Assembly (NCBI GenBank): GCA_032718475.1 | Contig: JAUCBJ010009103.1 | Coordinates: 260,733 to 324,732, forward strand | Length of the DNA stretch: 64,000 nt | Reading direction: 5' to 3' | Origin: Nemertoderma westbladi | Taxonomy: Eukaryota; Animalia; Xenacoelomorpha | Shown here: piece by piece, positions 22,943 through 36,381 of the stretch | How positions within the stretch are numbered: the first letter of the stretch is position 1 | How the letters are laid out: the number at the start of each line of letters is the position of its first letter | Program-made: the position numbers and the translations under genes | The notes under the pieces: generated by a model | What the model was told of the DNA's origin: nothing | Seen by the model: the letters and a program-made list of their open reading frames with translations, nothing else | The model's database searches: none

Positions 22943-25900
22943 GTTAGTTGGGCAAAAGTAGGGGTTGAAATACTACCCAGATCCAAATCTGTACTACTGG
23001 GAAAGGAGGCAGGTTAGTTGGGCAAAAGTAGGGGTTGAAATACTACCCAGATCCAAATCTGTACTACTGGGAAAGGAGGCAGGTTAGTTGGGCAAAAGTA
23101 GGGGTTGAAATACTACCCAGATCCAAATCTGTACTACTGGGAAAGGAGGCAGGTTAGTTGGGCAAAAGTAGGGGTTGAAATACTACCCAGATCCAGATCT
23201 GGGAAAGTTGGCAGGTTAGTTGGGCAAAAGTACGGGTTGAAATACTACCCAGATCCAAATCTGTACTACTGGGAAAGGAGGCAGGTTAGTTGGGCAAAAG
23301 TAGGGGTTGAAATACTACCCAGATCCAAATCTGTGCTACTGGGAAAGGAGGCAGTTTAGTTGGGCAAAAGTAGGGGTTGAAATACTACTCAGATCCAAAT
23401 CTGTACTACTGGGAAAGGAGGTAGGTTTGGCAAAAGTAAGGGTTGAAATACTACCCAGATCCAAATCTGTACTACTGGGAAAGGAGGCAGGTTAGTTGGG
23501 CAAAAGTAGGGGTTGAAATACTACCCAGATCCAAATCTGTACTACTGGGAAAGGAGGCAGGTTAGTTGGGCAAAAGTAGGGGTTGAAATACTACCCAGAT
23601 CCAAATCTGTACTACTGGGAAAGGAGGCAGTTTAGTTGGGCAAAAGTAGGGGTTGAAATACTACCCAGATCCAAATCTATACTACTGGGAAAGGAGGTAG
23701 GTTAGTTGGGCAAAAGTAGGGGTTGAAATACTACCCAGATCCTAATCTGTACTACTGGGAAAGGAGGCAGGTTAGTTGGGCAAAAGTAGGGGTTGAAATA
23801 CTACCCAGATTCAAATCTGTACTACTGGGAAAGGAGGCAGGTTAGTTGGGCAAAAGTAGGGGTTGAAATACTACCCAGATCCAGATCTGGGAAAGTTGGC
23901 AGGTTAGTTGGGCAAAAGTACGGGTTGAAATACTACCCAGATCCAAATCTGTACTACTGGGAAAGGAGGCAGCTTAGTTGGGCAAAAGTAGGGGTTGAAA
24001 TACTACCCAGATCCAAATCTGTACTACTGGGAAAGGAGGCAGGTTAGTTGGGCAAAAGTAGGGGTTGAAATACTACCCAGATCCAGATCTGGGAAAGTTG
24101 GCAGGTTAGTTGGGCAAAAGTACGGGTTGAAATACTACCCAGATCCAAATCTGTACTACTGGGAAAGGAGGCACGTTAGTTGGGCAAAAGTAGGGGTTGA
24201 AATACTACCCAGATCCATATCTGTACTACTGGGAAAGGAGGTAGGTTAGTTGGGCAAAAGTAGGGGTTGAAATACTACCCAGATCCAAATCTGTACTACT
24301 GGGAAAGGAGGCAGGTTAGTTGGGCAAAAGTAGGGGTTGAAATACTACCCAGATCCAGATCTGGGAAAGTTGGCAGGTTAGTTGGGCAAAAGTACGGGTT
24401 GAAATACTACCCAGATCCAAATCTATACTACTGGGAAAGGAGGCAGGTTAGTTGGGCAAAAGTAGGGGTTGAAATACTACCCAGATCCAGATCTGGGAAA
24501 GTTGGCAGGTTAGTTGGGCAAAAGTACGGGTTGAAATACTACCCAGATCCAAATCTATACTACTGGGAAAGGAGGCACGTTAGTTGGGCAAAAGTAGGGG
24601 TTGAAATACTACCCAGATCCATATCTGTACTACTGGGAAAGGAGGTAGGTTAGTTGGGCAAAAGTACGGGTTGAAATACTACCCAGATCCAAATCTGTAC
24701 TACTGGGAAAGGAGGCAGCTTAGTTGGGCAAAAGTAGGGGTTGAAATACTACCCAGATCCAAATCTGTACTACTGGGAAAGGAGGCAGGTTAGTTGGGCA
24801 AAAGTAGGGGTTGAAATACTACCCAGATCCAGATCTGGGAAAGTTGGCAGGTTAGTTGGGCAAAAGTACGGGTTGAAATACTACCCAGATCCAAATCTGT
24901 ACTACTGGGAAAGGAGGCACGTTAGTTGGGCAAAAGTAGGGGTTGAAATACTACCCAGATCCATATCTGTACTACTGGGAAAGGAGGTAGGTTAGTTGGG
25001 CAAAAGTAGGGGTTGAAATACTACCCAGATCCAAATCTGTACTACTGAGAAAGGAGGCACGTTAGTTGGGCAAAAGTAGGGGTTGAAATACTACCCAGAT
25101 CCATATCTGTACTACTGGGAAAGGAGCTAGGTTAGTTGGGCAAAAGTAGGGGTTGAAATACTACCCAGACCCAGATCTGTACTACTGAGAAAGGAGGCAC
25201 GTTAGTTGGGCAAAAGTAGGGGTTGAAATACTACCCAGATCCAAATCTGTACTACTGGGAAAGGAGGTAGGTTAGTTGGGCAAAAGTAGGGGTTGAAATA
25301 CTACCCAGATCCAAATCTGTACTACTGAGAAAGGAGGCAGGTTAGTTGGGCAAAAGTACGGGTTGAAATACTACCCAGATCCAAATCTATACTACTGGGA
25401 AAGGAAACAGGTTAGTTGGGCAAAAGTAGGGGTTGAAATACTACTCAGATCCAAATCTGTACTACTGGGAAAGGAGGCACGTTAGTTGGGCAAAAGTAGG
25501 GGTTGAAATACTACCCAGATCCAAATCTGTACTACTGGGAAAGGAGGTAGGTTAGTTGGGCAAAAGTAGGGGTTGAAATACTACCCAGATCCAAATCTGT
25601 ACTACTGAGAAAGGAGGCAGGTTAGTTGGGCAAAAGTAGGGGTTGAAATACTACCCAGATCCAGATCTCTACTACTGGGAAAGGAGGCAGGTTAGTTGAG
25701 CAAAAGTAGGGGTTGAAATACTACCCAGATCCAAATCTGTGCTACCGGTACTGGGGAAGGAGGCAGGTTAGTTGGGCAAAAGTAGGGGTTGAAATACTAC
25801 CCAGATCCAAATCTGTACTACTGAGAAAGGAGGCACGTTAGTTGGGCAAAAGTAGGGGTTGAAATACTACCCAGATCCAAATCTGTACTACTGGGAAAGG

Positions 25901-28900
25901 AGGTAGGTTAGTTGGGCAAAAGTAGGGGTTGAAATACTACCCAGATCCAAATCTGTACTACTGAGAAAGGAGGCAGGTTAGTTGGGCAAAAGTACGGGTT
26001 GAAATACTACCCAGATCCAAATCTATACTACTGGGAAAGGAAACAGGTTAGTTGGGCAAAAGTAGGGGTTGAAATACTACTCAGATCCAAATCTGTACTA
26101 CTGGGAAAGGAGGCACGTTAGTTGGGCAAAAGTAGGGGTTGAAATACTACCCAGATCCAAATCTGTACTACTGGGAAAGGAGGTAGGTTAGTTGGGCAAA
26201 AGTAGGGGTTGAAATACTACCCAGATCCAAATCTGTACTACTGGGAAAGGAGGCACGTTAGTTGGGCAAAAGTAGGGGTTGAAATACTACCCAGATCCAA
26301 ATCTGTACTACTGGGAAAGGAGGCACGTTAGTTGGGCAAAAGTAGGGGTTGAAATACTACCCAGATCCAAATCTGTACTACTGGGAAAGGAGGTAGGTTA
26401 GTTGGGCAAAAGTAGGGGTTGAAATACTACCCAGATCCAAATCTGTACTACTGAGAAAGGAGGCAGGTTAGTTGGGCAAAAGTAGGGGTTGAAATACTAC
26501 CCAGATCCAGATCTCTACTACTGGGAAAGGAGGCAGGTTAGTTGAGCAAAAGTAGGGGTTGAAATACTACCCAGATCCAAATCTGTGCTACCGGTACTGG
26601 GGAAGGAGGCAGGTTAGTTGGGCAAAAGTAGGGGTTGAAATACTACCCAGATCCAAATCTGTACTACTGAGAAAGGAGGCACGTTAGTTGGGCAAAAGTA
26701 GGGGTTGAAATACTACCCAGATCCAAATCTGTACTACTGGGAAAGGAGGTAGGTTAGTTGGGCAAAAGTAGGGGTTGAAATACTACCCAGATCCAAATCT
26801 GTACTACTGAGAAAGGAGGCAGGTTAGTTGGGCAAAAGTACGGGTTGAAATACTACCCAGATCCAAATCTATACTACTGGGAAAGGAAACAGGTTAGTTG
26901 GGCAAAAGTAGGGGTTGAAATACTACTCAGATCCAAATCTGTACTACTGGGAAAGGAGGCACGTTAGTTGGGCAAAAGTAGGGGTTGAAATACTACCCAG
27001 ATCCAAATCTGTACTACTGGGAAAGGAGGTAGGTTAGTTGGGCAAAAGTAGGGGTTGAAATACTACCCAGATCCAAATCTGTACTACTGGGAAAGGAGGC
27101 ACGTTAGTTGGGCAAAAGTAGGGGTTGAAATACTACCCAGATCCAAATCTGTACTACTGGGAAAGGAGGTAGGTTAGTTGGGCAAAAGTAGGGGTTGAAA
27201 TACTACCCAGATCCAAATCTGTACTACTGAGAAAGGAGGCAGGTTAGTTGGGCAAAAGTACGGGTTGAAATACTACCCAGATCCAAATCTATACTACTGG
27301 GAAAGGAAACAGGTTAGTTGGGCAAAAGTAGGGGTTGAAATACTACTCAGATCCAAATCTGTACTACTGGGAAAGGAGGCACGTTAGTTGGGCAAAAGTA
27401 GGGGTTGAAATACTACCCAGATCCAAATCTGTACTACTGGGAAAGGAGGTAGGTTAGTTGGGCAAAAGTAGGGGTTGAAATACTACCCAGATCCAAATCT
27501 GTACTACTGAGAAAGGAGGCAGGTTAGTTGGGCAAAAGTAGGGGTTGAAATACTACCCAGATCCAGATCTCTACTACTGGGAAAGGAGGCAGGTTAGTTG
27601 GGCAAAAGTAGGGGTTGAAATACTACCCAGATCCAAATCTGTGCTACCGGTACTGGGAAAGGAGGCAGGTTAGTTGGGCAAAAGTAGGGGTTGAAATACT
27701 ACCCAGATCCAGATCTGTACTAACTACTGGGAATGGAGGCAGGTTAGTTGGGCAAAAGTAGGGGTTGAAATACTACCCAGATCCTAATCTGTACTACTGG
27801 GAAAGGAGGCAGGTTAGTTGGGCAAAAGTTGGGGTTGAAATACTACCCAGATCCAAATCTGTGCTACTGGGAAAGGAGGCAGGTTAGTTGGGCAAAAGTA
27901 GGGGTTGAAATACTACCCAGATCCAGATCTGGGAAAGTTGGCAGGTTAGTTGGGCAAAAGTACGGGTTGAAATACTACCCAGATCCAAATCTGTACTACT
28001 GGGAAAGGAGGCACGTTAGTTGGGCAAAAGTAGGGGTTGAAATACTACCCAGATCCATATCTGTACTACTGGGAAAGGAGGTAGGTTAGTTGGGCAAAAG
28101 TACGGGTTGAAATACTACCCAGATCCAAATCTGTACTACTGGGAAAGGAGGCAGCTTAGTTGGGCAAAAGTAGGGGTTGAAATACTACCCAGATCCAAAT
28201 CTGTACTACTGGGAAAGGAGGCAGGTTAGTTGGGCAAAAGTAGGGGTTGAAATACTACCCAGATCCAGATCTGGGAAAGTTGGCAGGTTAGTTGGGCAAA
28301 AGTACGGGTTGAAATACTACCCAGATCCAAATCTGTACTACTGGGAAAGGAGGCACGTTAGTTGGGCAAAAGTAGGGGTTGAAATACTACCCAGATCCAT
28401 ATCTGTACTACTGGGAAAGGAGGTAGGTTAGTTGGGCAAAAGTAGGGGTTGAAATACTACCCAGATCCAAATCTGTACTACTGAGAAAGGAGGCACGTTA
28501 GTTGGGCAAAAGTAGGGGTTGAAATACTACCCAGATCCATATCTGTACTACTGGGAAAGGAGCTAGGTTAGTTGGGCAAAAGTAGGGGTTGAAATACTAC
28601 CCAGACCCAGATCTGTACTACTGAGAAAGGAGGCACGTTAGTTGGGCAAAAGTAGGGGTTGAAATACTACCCAGATCCAAATCTGTACTACTGGGAAAGG
28701 AGGTAGGTTAGTTGGGCAAAAGTAGGGGTTGAAATACTACCCAGATCCAAATCTGTACTACTGAGAAAGGAGGCAGGTTAGTTGGGCAAAAGTACGGGTT
28801 GAAATACTACCCAGATCCAAATCTATACTACTGGGAAAGGAAACAGGTTAGTTGGGCAAAAGTAGGGGTTGAAATACTACTCAGATCCAAATCTGTACTA

Positions 28901-31900
28901 CTGGGAAAGGAGGCACGTTAGTTGGGCAAAAGTAGGGGTTGAAATACTACCCAGATCCAAATCTGTACTACTGGGAAAGGAGGTAGGTTAGTTGGGCAAA
29001 AGTAGGGGTTGAAATACTACCCAGATCCAAATCTGTACTACTGAGAAAGGAGGCAGGTTAGTTGGGCAAAAGTAGGGGTTGAAATACTACCCAGATCCAG
29101 ATCTCTACTACTGGGAAAGGAGGCAGGTTAGTTGAGCAAAAGTAGGGGTTGAAATACTACCCAGATCCAAATCTGTGCTACCGGTACTGGGGAAGGAGGC
29201 AGGTTAGTTGGGCAAAAGTAGGGGTTGAAATACTACCCAGATCCAAATCTGTACTACTGAGAAAGGAGGCACGTTAGTTGGGCAAAAGTAGGGGTTGAAA
29301 TACTACCCAGATCCAAATCTGTACTACTGGGAAAGGAGGTAGGTTAGTTGGGCAAAAGTAGGGGTTGAAATACTACCCAGATCCAAATCTGTACTACTGA
29401 GAAAGGAGGCAGGTTAGTTGGGCAAAAGTACGGGTTGAAATACTACCCAGATCCAAATCTATACTACTGGGAAAGGAAACAGGTTAGTTGGGCAAAAGTA
29501 GGGGTTGAAATACTACTCAGATCCAAATCTGTACTACTGGGAAAGGAGGCACGTTAGTTGGGCAAAAGTAGGGGTTGAAATACTACCCAGATCCAAATCT
29601 GTACTACTGGGAAAGGAGGTAGGTTAGTTGGGCAAAAGTAGGGGTTGAAATACTACCCAGATCCAAATCTGTACTACTGGGAAAGGAGGCACGTTAGTTG
29701 GGCAAAAGTAGGGGTTGAAATACTACCCAGATCCAAATCTGTACTACTGGGAAAGGAGGCACGTTAGTTGGGCAAAAGTAGGGGTTGAAATACTACCCAG
29801 ATCCAAATCTGTACTACTGGGAAAGGAGGTAGGTTAGTTGGGCAAAAGTAGGGGTTGAAATACTACCCAGATCCAAATCTGTACTACTGAGAAAGGAGGC
29901 AGGTTAGTTGGGCAAAAGTAGGGGTTGAAATACTACCCAGATCCAGATCTCTACTACTGGGAAAGGAGGCAGGTTAGTTGAGCAAAAGTAGGGGTTGAAA
30001 TACTACCCAGATCCAAATCTGTGCTACCGGTACTGGGGAAGGAGGCAGGTTAGTTGGGCAAAAGTAGGGGTTGAAATACTACCCAGATCCAAATCTGTAC
30101 TACTGAGAAAGGAGGCACGTTAGTTGGGCAAAAGTAGGGGTTGAAATACTACCCAGATCCAAATCTGTACTACTGGGAAAGGAGGTAGGTTAGTTGGGCA
30201 AAAGTAGGGGTTGAAATACTACCCAGATCCAAATCTGTACTACTGAGAAAGGAGGCAGGTTAGTTGGGCAAAAGTACGGGTTGAAATACTACCCAGATCC
30301 AAATCTATACTACTGGGAAAGGAAACAGGTTAGTTGGGCAAAAGTAGGGGTTGAAATACTACTCAGATCCAAATCTGTACAACTGGGAAAGGAGGCACGT
30401 TAGTTGGGCAAAAGTAGGGGTTGAAATACTACCCAGATCCAAATCTGTACTACTGGGAAAGGAGGTAGGTTAGTTGGGCAAAAGTAGGGGTTGAAATACT
30501 ACCCAGATCCAAATCTGTACTACTGGGAAAGGAGGCACGTTAGTTGGGCAAAAGTAGGGGTTGAAATACTACCCAGATCCAAATCTGTACTACTGGGAAA
30601 GGAGGTAGGTTAGTTGGGCAAAAGTAGGGGTTGAAATACTACCCAGATCCAAATCTGTACTACTGAGAAAGGAGGCAGGTTAGTTGGGCAAAAGTACGGG
30701 TTGAAATACTACCCAGATCCAAATCTATACTACTGGGAAAGGAAACAGGTTAGTTGGGCAAAAGTAGGGGTTGAAATACTACTCAGATCCAAATCTGTAC
30801 TACTGGGAAAGGAGGCACGTTAGTTGGGCAAAAGTAGGGGTTGAAATACTACCCAGATCCAAATCTGTACTACTGGGAAAGGAGGTAGGTTAGTTGGGCA
30901 AAAGTAGGGGTTGAAATACTACCCAGATCCAAATCTGTACTACTGGGAAAGGAGGCAGGTTAGTTGGGCAAAAGTAGGGGTTGAAATACTACCCAGATCC
31001 AAATCTGTACTACTGGGAAAGGAGGCACGTTAGTTGGGCAAAAGTAGGGGTTGAAATACTACCCAGATCCAAATCTGTACTACTGGGAAAGGAGGTAGGT
31101 TAGTTGGGCAAAAGTAGGGGTTGAAATACTACCCAGATCCAAATCTGTACTACTGGGAAAGGAGGCAGGTTAGTTGGGCAAAAGTAGGGGTTGAAATACT
31201 ACCCAGATCCAGATCTGTACTACTGGGAAAGGAGGCAGGTTAGTTGGGCAAAAGTAGGGGTTGAAATACTACCCAGATCCAAATCTGTGCTACCGGTACT
31301 GGGGAAGGAGGCAGGTTAGTTGGGCAAAAGTAGGGGTTGAAATACTACCCAGATCCAAATCTGTACTACTGAGAAAGGAGGCACGTTAGTTGGGCAAAAG
31401 TAGGGGTTGAAATACTACCCAGATCCAAATCTGTACTACTGGGAAAGGAGGTAGGTTAGTTGGGCAAAAGTAGGGGTTGAAATACTACCCAGATCCAAAT
31501 CTGTACTACTGAGAAAGGAGGCAGGTTAGTTGGGCAAAAGTACGGGTTGAAATACTACCCAGATCCAAATCTATACTACTGGGAAAGGAAACAGGTTAGT
31601 TGGGCAAAAGTAGGGGTTGAAATACTACTCAGATCCAAATCTGTACTACTGGGAAAGGAGGCACGTTAGTTGGGCAAAAGTAGGGGTTGAAATACTACCC
31701 AGATCCAAATCTGTACTACTGGGAAAGGAGGTAGGTTAGTTGGGCAAAAGTAGGGGTTGAAATACTACCCAGATCCAAATCTGTACTACTGAGAAAGGAG
31801 GCAGGTTAGTTGGGCAAAAGTAGGGGTTGAAATACTACCCAGATCCAGATCTCTACTACTGGGAAAGGAGGCAGGTTAGTTGGGCAAAAGTAGGGGTTGA

Positions 31901-32518
31901 AATACTACCCAGATCCAAATCTGTGCTACTGGGAAAGGAGGTAGGTTAGTTGGGCAAAAGTAGGGGTTGAAATACTACCCAGATCCAAATCTGTACTACT
32001 GAGAAAGGAGGCAGGTTAGTTGGGCAAAAGTAGGGGTTGAAATACTACCCAGATCCAGATCTCTACTACTGGGAAAGGAAACAGGTTAGTTGGGCAAAAG
32101 TAGGGGTTGAAATACTACTCAGATCCAAATCTGTACTACTGGGAAAGGAGGCACGTTAGTTGGGCAAAAGTAGGGGTTGAAATACTACCCAGATCCAAAT
32201 CTGTACTACTGGGAAAGGAGGTAGGTTAGTTGGGCAAAAGTAGGGGTTGAAATACTACCCAGATCCAAATCTGTACTACTGAGAAAGGAGGCAGGTTAGT
32301 TGGGCAAAAGTAGGGGTTGAAATACTACCCAGATCCAGATCTCTACTACTGGGAAAGGAGGCAGGTTAGTTGGGCAAAAGTAGGGGTTGAAATACTACCC
32401 AGATCCAAATCTGTGCTACCGGTACTGGGAAAGGAGGCAGGTTAGTTGGGCAAAAGTAGGGGTTGAAATACTACCCAGATCCAGATCTGGGAAAGTTGGC
32501 AGGTTAGTTGGGCAAAAG
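22876..32518 (+). repeat. 70-bp exon/donor-derived satellite, left arm (~138 units)
   Basis: Unit AGTTGGGCAAAAGTAGGGGTTGAAATACTACCCAGATCCAAATCTGTACTACTGGGAAAGGAGGCAGGTT, with 62- and 76-bp variants. Confidence 0.98.
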
Positions 32519-33065
32519 TGTTAGCTTATTCAATCCCGCTAACACCCCATAAAAGTTAAGCCGATAAGCAATATTGGGGGCCACGAGATTGGGTAATCAC
32601 CAACTCGTGTCACCCCAATAAAATGGAAAGGAGAAACACAATGAGGGTCAGGGGCCAAACCCCTAACCCAGAGAGAACAGGTGGAGTGAACGGGAACACT
32701 CCAAAGGGCGCCAACAAGGGTATCAACCAATCAGAGGGGGGAAAGGCATCGATTAGGTAGAGTAACAAGGCCAACCCGTGCAATATAGCCAGTTGGCAGT
32801 AATCATTTCATTCAGTTATCTCAGTATCATATTGGTGCTAGTTAGGTTAGTTAGTTTAGCTAGGGAAGGACCGAGACTTTAATTACCGTATCCCGCCTTC
32901 CGTATACGACAACATTATCCATATCTATGCTTATATCTATATACCCGTACAACCGATTATTATATACGACGAACGACACGAACTCTTTTTACCTTTCATA
33001 CACACGGCGGGGACGCGTGAACTAAACAACCGGATAAACCGGGATCCTTCCTGGATCCCGTCACA
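32519..33065 (+). repeat. 5' LTR
   Basis: TGTTAGCTTA...CCCGTCACA; CCAAT (~32727) and Inr-like TCAGTT (~32813). About 2 substitutions vs the 3' LTR by eye. Confidence 0.97.
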
Positions 33066-33163
33066 GTAATTAAATCCGTCGGTGGCACAGTAATTAAAAC
33101 TCAGAGCTGCCGCCCTAGCTAGCTAAACCCAGCGACTACCAGCCACCAATCGAACCAACCGAG

Positions 33164-36100
33164 ATGAGTCAGTCGGGAGAGACGACGCCGACGCGGACCC
33201 CGGACGAAGAATTAACGATCCGCGAGGCCGCAACCAGGCGGTACAGGCCCACAACGCCGGACCCATCGGTAACGGGTCATCCGGCAGCTCAGGATGAGGG
33301 GGGCCGCCTGGAACCCGAGGTCGAGCCGAGAGAAGGAGAGAGCGAGACGGAGGGAGACAGAGACGAGTCGACACGAGACGCGGGTCGACGTACTGATGTC
33401 GCCGGCCAGCCACAGGCCGAAGGCGACGAGCGGCCCACCGAAACGGCGACGGTGGGGCTGACGGTACGACGCCGGACCCGAAGAGACGGAGGAGATGTCG
33501 GTACCGATGTCGCCGGCCAGCCACAGGCCGAGGGCGACGAGCAGCCCACCGAAACGGCGACGGTGGGGCCGACGGTACGACGCCGGACCCGGAGAGATGG
33601 AAGAGAGGTCGGCGACGAGGATGTCGGGGTTTCTGATCGACTTCGACGGGCCTACAACGCGACCCGGAGACTATTAGAGGAGGCCAGAGGAGGGGCGACG
33701 ATAGACAAGGTAAAACTAAAGAAAGGACTAGGTGAGTCGAATAGACACTTTTATTATCTAATGCGCTTCGGGCAAAGAGAACTGGCCAAGGAGAGAGCGA
33801 GAGGGGTTGCCGAGGAACTGTATGACTTATGGCGGTATAGGGGTATGGAACCTAGCGTAGTGTACGTAGGGCCGTACTTAGTCGATGCCCGGGGAGTAAA
33901 ATTAGTGGGTTGGGAGAGACCTGAGGAGGACGAATCCGAGGTTAACCCCGAGGATTCGGCCTCGTCGGTCGGAGGAAGTTCCGGGAGGCGGGGGAAAGTC
34001 AGTAGGTCGGGAAGGCGGAGGGAGTCCGTTACAACCGATAAGTCTGCTACATCCTCCGTAAAAGAAAGACGGGTGAGAGAGATAAATGCCACGTACCGTC
34101 TCGATTTAATAGAGCGAGGTCAAAGGGAAGTAGGTAGACGGTTAGAGGAGGGGAGAGTGCTGTTAGAGAGGGAAATGGCGTTGATTAAGGAAACCGGAGA
34201 GAGGGCCGAAAGGGCCGCGAGAAGCCTTAGGGAGTGTGAGGAAGTAGGGAGGAAGGAACAAGAAGAGCGCGAGGCGAGAGAGAAAAATGAGCGCAAAGAG
34301 CGTGAGGCGGAACGTAGGGAACGTGAGGCGAAAGAGGAAAACGAGTGCAAAGAGCGCGAGGAGAGAGAGGAAAACGAGCGCAGAGAGCGTGAGGCGAGAC
34401 AAAGGGAGGGGGCTAGAAGAGAGTTGGAATTGGCCGAACGGGACGCACGGGAGTGTAAGGAGAGAATGGCAAGGAAGGAGTGTGAGCAAAAGGAACTAGA
34501 GAAACGTCAAGGTGAGCTTACAGGGTACAAAGCTATACACACGCGCGAACGGGAATTGGCACGAATAGGGGCGTCTGAGAGTGGGGCTAGCTCGAGTATT
34601 TTCGAGGAGCCAGGGGCCGTGGATACATTTATTAATACCCCACTTACAGGGACCGCACGACAGACCCAAGACTGGTGTGACCGTACGGGCGGGGGGGGGG
34701 GGGGGGGGGGTAATAATAATGCTATAGTAGACGTCATTAATATTAATAGTACCGTATTGGATAACCCTAATCCTTTTATTGCAGCAAATAATACTTTACC
34801 TAGTAGCAGTGATTTAAATTTAAATACAAATAATAATTTCAATTTAAATGTGCAAAATAATCCGAATAATAATTTAAATTTAGAAAACAATAATAATTCA
34901 AATAATTTAAGTAATGATCCAAGCCCGAATTTACAAAATAATTCAAATGATTTTGGTTCAAACGAACAAATTAATTCCGTTTCCAATGTGGGTGCTATTA
35001 ACGTGAACACGTCGGGCGTGTATGGCCAGGCAGATGGGGGCCTGGTAGGCCATATAATTGGTAGGCCGGAAGTGGCGGGATTGAGCCAACCCAGAGAGGG
35101 CCTGGTAGGCCACGTAGTTGGTAGGCAGGGAGCGGCTGGGTTGGGTAGACCCAGTGAGGGCCTGGTAGGCCACGTAGTTGATAGGCAGGGAGTGGCTGGG
35201 TTGGGTAGACCCAGCGAGGGCCTGGTAGGCCACGTAGTTGGTAGGCAGGGGGTAGAGGGCCTGGTAGGCCACGCAATAGCAGAGGGAGAGGCGGGGGTGA
35301 ATAGACCCGACCGCGGTAGGGTTGACGTGTCGACGAGAGAGGGATGTGGTAGCGGGATGAGAGATAGCGAAGTTAGATGTGGCGAGTGGGGGGGGGCTAC
35401 AAGAGCCCCACAACAGCGAGTTAGCGGCGAAAGGGGGGGGGGGGCAGAGAGTGCTCCGCAGCCGTCAGCGGATAATGCGCGGGCCGAAATAGGTAAACCG
35501 CAACACCCGGCGACGGAGAGTAATAGGGGGATTGCGAGTATCCCCAACGGCGTGCGACCGAGCAGAGAGAGACAGGTTGACGTCGTGAGAGGGCGGACGA
35601 AGCGTCGAGCCCGATCAGAAGAGGGAAGAAGAACAGTGGGGTTTAACCGGGAGGTCGACGAGAGATCTCACGAGCGGGAATACTACACTGAAAGGAGAAG
35701 AAGAGAAGACAGTAGTAAAAGTATCGCCGCGAATGATAGAAGAGCGAGGACGGATAGCGAGCCGTCGGTAGTCGAGATGAGAACGGAGAGTCAGTGGGGT
35801 CGGACTCCGGGAGATTGCCGTCGCACCGGAGAGATGCGACCTGGTGAGGTGCATTACGCGCCGATGGAGGGGTACGCGATATACCGGTACGAAGATGAGA
35901 ACAGTAGAGAGGGGGGGTCGAAGAGAAACTTTCCGACGGAATATACCTACCAATCGAGAGTACGGTAGCCACGGGGAGGACTATTTGAGAAGAATAAACT
36001 TCGATCCCGAGCGACACATGCAGACTGTAGGACATACTGTAGGCCTTACTGCACATACCATAGGCCATACTGAGAGAGGCAATGTAGGCGATAGGATAGC

Positions 36101-36323
36101 GCGGACAACAGGATTAAACCCGGAAGTCGCGGAATACATACCGGCGAGTAGGCCAGAAGCTGATAGGCCTATACCGGTACCAGCACAGCAGTATGACTAC
36201 AGCATGCAGGGACATAACATATACCCAGGGGAGGGGGGAATTATTGCGGATAGGTGTATGGGCCCCAATATATTAACATCAACCCCAGTACCAAACATAC
36301 CGGTGGGGGGGGGGACAGGGTGA
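33164..36323 (+). CDS. Long low-complexity Gag N-terminal region (frameshifted at G runs)
   Basis: 934-aa ORF plus 159-aa continuation; 40-aa duplication, E/R coiled coil, Asn-rich tract, 20-aa GLVGHVV repeats. Confidence 0.7.
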
Positions 36324-36381
36324 CATTCCCCCATCACAATATCAACAATATACCCCGATAGGAGCAAGAACAACGAGACCC

